From Methanobacteriota archaeon (GTDB lineage Archaea; Thermoplasmatota; E2; DHVEG-1), in the NCBI GenBank assembly GCA_963769885.1, contig CAVYNH010000007.1:64001-128000 (forward strand): a DNA stretch of 64,000 nt, given 5' to 3'. Position numbers and translations under genes: made by a program. Position 1 is the stretch's first letter. The number at the start of each line of letters is the position of its first letter. The notes under the pieces were generated by a model, which made no database searches, had not been told where the DNA came from, and saw only the letters and a program-made list of their open reading frames with translations. This document shows, in pieces, positions 60,317 to 64,000 of this stretch.

Positions 60317-61614
60317 CCCGCCACAGCGACAACCTGGCCCTCTCCCTGCTCTACGACACCCTCCTCTTCGCGGTCATGGTCAGCCTCTCCGCCGCCGTCC
60401 TCCTCCCCGCCCTCACCGACCCACACGCCCCCCTCGCTTCACTGGAAAAACACCGCGAGCTTGACGTGGACGATACCCTCCACACCCTCCTCGCCACCCG
60501 CCTCGACAACTTCTCCTACGCCTTCCTCGGCACCATCACCGACCACGTCGCCGACACCCTCGGCATCAACACCAGCTCGCAGGGCCTCTACGCCGAACTG
60601 CGCGCCTGGACCCTCGCCAACACCCCCCGCCACGAGACCTACGCCGCCCTCATCGCCGAAGACCTCACCAGCCAGCTGCGCATCCCCACCGGACCCACCA
60701 GCAACCTCAGACTCAACATCCTCACCGAAGACTACGACACCAGCCTACAGACCGCCCTCACCCACGACCTCAACCTTCGTCTCCAAGGACGCTACCACTA
60801 CAACCTCACCGCCCGCTGGCATCCCATCACCGGCCTCGCCCTCGGCGGCGACCTTACCGTCGGCCCCCCACCACCCCACCAGACCAGCCACGTCGCCACC
60901 CGCCACATCGCCGTTCCCCTCGCCCCCGCCATCCGCATCCACAACACCACCATCACCCTCACCCACCACGCCCTCGCCCACCAGCTTGACCTCATCAACC
61001 TCAGCAGCAACACCACCATCCCCCAGATCTCCAACCTCACCACCATCCTCAACGCCTACCTCCACCACACACCTCCCTACACCACCCGCCCACCAGCCGC
61101 AGACGCCATCACCGAAAACCTCACCAGCCTCCTCGACGCCTTCCTCATCGATGGCATCCACACCACCAACACCACCATCCTCCCCGGCATCGCCAACGTC
61201 ACCCTCGACGCCCTCCTCGCCCGCCTCACACAAGCCGCGACCAACACCAGCCTCAACGATACCCTCGGCGCCCTCACCGGCACCCTCAACCACATCCTCA
61301 CCGGACTTGCCAACACCACCGCACCACTCACCTCCGGACTCCTCGCCCCCCTCACCACCAGCCTCACTCACCTCCTCAACCAGACCGCCAACCTCCCGAT
61401 TCTGCTCACGACCGCGAAAGCCTGGATCCTGAACCAGACCCGCGCCGCCGCCCACCAGCTCCTCGCCCCCGCCATCACCACTCTCACCGACACCCTCCTC
61501 GAAGCCACCGACGGCCTCCACACCCTCACATTCCTCCTCAACCAGTGGCTCCTCGACCGCCTCGCGATCCAGACCGCCACCATCACCCTCACCCTCTGGA
61601 CCACACACCCATGA
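60313..61614 (+). CDS. Pilin-like membrane-anchored protein
   Basis: DNLA|LSLLYDTLLF N-terminus; C-terminal ITLTLW; ATGA overlap with upstream gene. Confidence 0.7.
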   Translation: MTRHSDNLALSLLYDTLLFAVMVSLSAAVLLPALTDPHAPLASLEKHRELDVDDTLHTLLATRLDNFSYAFLGTITDHVADTLGINTSSQGLYAELRAWTLANTPRHETYAALIAEDLTSQLRIPTGPTSNLRLNILTEDYDTSLQTALTHDLNLRLQGRYHYNLTARWHPITGLALGGDLTVGPPPPHQTSHVATRHIAVPLAPAIRIHNTTITLTHHALAHQLDLINLSSNTTIPQISNLTTILNAYLHHTPPYTTRPPAADAITENLTSLLDAFLIDGIHTTNTTILPGIANVTLDALLARLTQAATNTSLNDTLGALTGTLNHILTGLANTTAPLTSGLLAPLTTSLTHLLNQTANLPILLTTAKAWILNQTRAAAHQLLAPAITTLTDTLLEATDGLHTLTFLLNQWLLDRLAIQTATITLTLWTTHP

Positions 61615-64000
61615 CCCTGAGAACCGACACCACCGCCCGCATCCCCTTCGCCATCCTCGGCATCTTCCTGCTCCTCGCCAGCAGCACCGCCTCCCTCCTC
61701 CTCATCCACCACCACACCCAGACCATCCCCCCCGCCGCCACCATCCTCGACCTCAACGCGATCACTAGACTCCGCCAGACCGCCGAAGCCGACCTCGCCA
61801 CCGCCCTCAACCGCATCGCCACCCAAGCCCTCACCCGCATCGGCCGCACCCCCGTCACCCACCCCCTCAAGGGCACCGCAGACACGGTCCTCTACGACCG
61901 CCTTCGCCACGCCATCCTCCCCAACCTCACCCAATACCTCCTCGCCCAGTACACCGACGACACCCACACCGACGGCACCTACGCCCTCAACATCCCCCTC
62001 ACCAACGACACCCCCACCCTCACCCCCGACCAGATCACCGTCACCACCCACCCCCTCACCCTCCACCGCACCACCATCCCCTACCTCGGACCACCGCCCA
62101 CAACCACCTCCCCCGCCTACCTCACCGCCACCCTCCCTCTCACCTTCATCCTCACCATCCACCACCACCCAACAAACCACACCGAACACGCCACCATCAC
62201 CACCCTCATCACCAGCCGTTACCCCCTCCTCGACCGCCTCACCACCGACTACCAAACCAGCCTCAGTGCCACCCCCGGCCCCCTCTGGACCTTCACGACC
62301 ACCACCGCCATCCTCTACACCCAACTCCGCGCCTGGAAACACCACCCCGCAGGAAACCCCGCAAACATCGTCGACAACCACCACCTCGCCCTCCTCCTCA
62401 ACGCCGGCCTCCAACTCACCACTGCCCTCACCTACCACAGCACCGACCCCCTCGCCCTCCTCAGCCTCCTCAGCCACACCAAAACCACCCTCGCCCAACC
62501 CGACCCCACCCCCCTCCAAGCCTTCAACCAACAAACCACCCCTACCGGCGCCACCTACCCCACCACCACCATCACCCACGACACCGCCAACCTAGACGCC
62601 GGCGACCCCACCAACACCACCATCCCCACCGGACCACCCCTCACCCTCACCGACATCGCCGACCCCATCCTCCACACCACCACCGCCCTCACCCTCCACT
62701 ACCACCGCCCACCCCACGACACCACCACCGACACCATCCCCTACGACACCCACACCGCACAGCATATCACCGACTCCCTCACCACCCACCACGCCCAAGG
62801 CTGGACCCTCACCACCATCACCAAAACACAGACAAACAACCAAACCACCGCCGCCGCTCTCCAAACCCTCGCCGCCACCATCTACCGCGACCAGATGCAC
62901 CTCCTCGTCGCCCGCCGCACCCAGATCGCCTACCACACCAACCCACCCGGCCCCCCCTGGCACGACGGCCCCCTCGGCCCCTGGACCCCCGCCCGCCTCC
63001 TCCCCGGCCCCAAACACATCACTATTCCCCCCAAAGGCACCGTCACCCCTGGCGCCGCTCTCGCCGACGAACACTACACCGTCACCTACCACCGCACCCA
63101 CAGCTACTGGAACACCACCGGCAACACCACCCAATGGGACAACCGCACCGACACCCTCACCGAAAACATCACCCTCACCACCATCCTCGACTGGACTAGC
63201 CTTATAACCAATACCCATGACGACATCACCGACATCCTCTACCACAACACCACCCTCGCCGACCCCAACCTCCACGACACCCTTACTACCTACCAAACCA
63301 CGCACCCCGACAGCCAATCAGAAAAACAACACCTCATCACCACCCGCAACAACACCGGCACCACCAGCCTCACCACCACCATCAACGGCACCATCCCCCC
63401 TTGGGTCATCCCAGAAACCTGGCACGCCCTCAACGACATCCTCTACACCCTCCAAACCCTCACCACCAACTGCAACGCCACCACCTACCCTTACCCCCCG
63501 ACCCTCATCGACCATGCAATCACAGACCTCACCACGCAACTCACCGACCATCTTCAAGAAATCCTCAACTACCGCCACTACCACCCTGGAACAGCCTACC
63601 TCAGCGTCGGTAAAAAAACCGTGTACTACGCCCGCGTCTGGTTCCTCGCCACCCTCAACGCCACCCTCAGCCAAACGCGCACCATCCTCCAAGAAAAACT
63701 CAACGACGCCATCACCAACGCCATCCCCACGACAAGCAACTACACTGCTGCCACCATCAACGACGCCCTCACCAACACCACCGACGCCCTCAAAGAAAAA
63801 TTCACGATCCCCTTCGCCACACCCATGAGCCTCACCAACACCCAGCAACCCGCATGGAACGAACCCATCCTTCTCGCCATCGACCAAACCCCCGACTACC
63901 TCAACCCCTACCAACCCATCAGATCAGGGACCGAAGAGACCTGGACCCTAAAACTACGCAACCGCTGCGTCTTTGGTCTTACCGGGCTACCGATCCTGCC
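61611..64000 (+). CDS. Large membrane-anchored protein with class III-like signal (partial)
   Basis: MTLRTDTTA|RIPFAILGIFLLL; frame appears open to the window end. Confidence 0.75.
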   Translation, partial: MTLRTDTTARIPFAILGIFLLLASSTASLLLIHHHTQTIPPAATILDLNAITRLRQTAEADLATALNRIATQALTRIGRTPVTHPLKGTADTVLYDRLRHAILPNLTQYLLAQYTDDTHTDGTYALNIPLTNDTPTLTPDQITVTTHPLTLHRTTIPYLGPPPTTTSPAYLTATLPLTFILTIHHHPTNHTEHATITTLITSRYPLLDRLTTDYQTSLSATPGPLWTFTTTTAILYTQLRAWKHHPAGNPANIVDNHHLALLLNAGLQLTTALTYHSTDPLALLSLLSHTKTTLAQPDPTPLQAFNQQTTPTGATYPTTTITHDTANLDAGDPTNTTIPTGPPLTLTDIADPILHTTTALTLHYHRPPHDTTTDTIPYDTHTAQHITDSLTTHHAQGWTLTTITKTQTNNQTTAAALQTLAATIYRDQMHLLVARRTQIAYHTNPPGPPWHDGPLGPWTPARLLPGPKHITIPPKGTVTPGAALADEHYTVTYHRTHSYWNTTGNTTQWDNRTDTLTENITLTTILDWTSLITNTHDDITDILYHNTTLADPNLHDTLTTYQTTHPDSQSEKQHLITTRNNTGTTSLTTTINGTIPPWVIPETWHALNDILYTLQTLTTNCNATTYPYPPTLIDHAITDLTTQLTDHLQEILNYRHYHPGTAYLSVGKKTVYYARVWFLATLNATLSQTRTILQEKLNDAITNAIPTTSNYTAATINDALTNTTDALKEKFTIPFATPMSLTNTQQPAWNEPILLAIDQTPDYLNPYQPIRSGTEETWTLKLRNRCVFGLTGLPIL

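Noticed and set aside
60461-63914. Long Pro/Ser/Thr-rich and Gly/Val-rich ORFs in other frames (also near 31.6-34, 43-44 and 54-55 kb)
   Set aside because: Artefacts of strand skew suppressing stop codons; they overlap better-supported genes

Overview
Archaeal DNA (TBP, TFB, Alba, Hel308, Cgi121, aIF-5A, MptA, TYW3, archaellin). The many secreted PKD/beta-propeller proteins suggest a Thermoplasmatota lineage such as DHVEG-1/MBG-D (inference). The window has two parts. (1) About 0.5-24.9 kb is a visibly AT-richer accessory region downstream of a minus-strand tRNA-Arg(GCG). It holds three of four copies of a ~699-bp IS200-type (tnpA-only) element, several MITEs and isolated ends of that element, repeated tRNA 3'-end (att-like) junctions with conserved ~100-bp arms, and at least seven copies of an IS200-left-end-like hairpin, often coupled to a conserved TATA-like motif, heading different minus-strand accessory genes. 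Cargo includes a TBP/TFB/Alba/regulator module, a second TFB, a toxin-antitoxin locus, a HEPN protein, a PD-(D/E)XK nuclease, a USP and secreted proteins. No integrase is present. (2) About 25-64 kb is GC-rich, mostly housekeeping and cell-surface genes, with tRNA-Thr(GGT), a fourth IS copy and kb-scale patches of extreme strand skew. The best candidate for an undescribed system is an HUH (Y1) transposase-end-delimited, promoter-carrying gene-cassette array at the tRNA-Arg hotspot. Four +1 frameshifts all fall at GTAC(C), pointing to a methylation-linked sequencing artefact rather than real pseudogenes. All alignments and identities were judged by eye.
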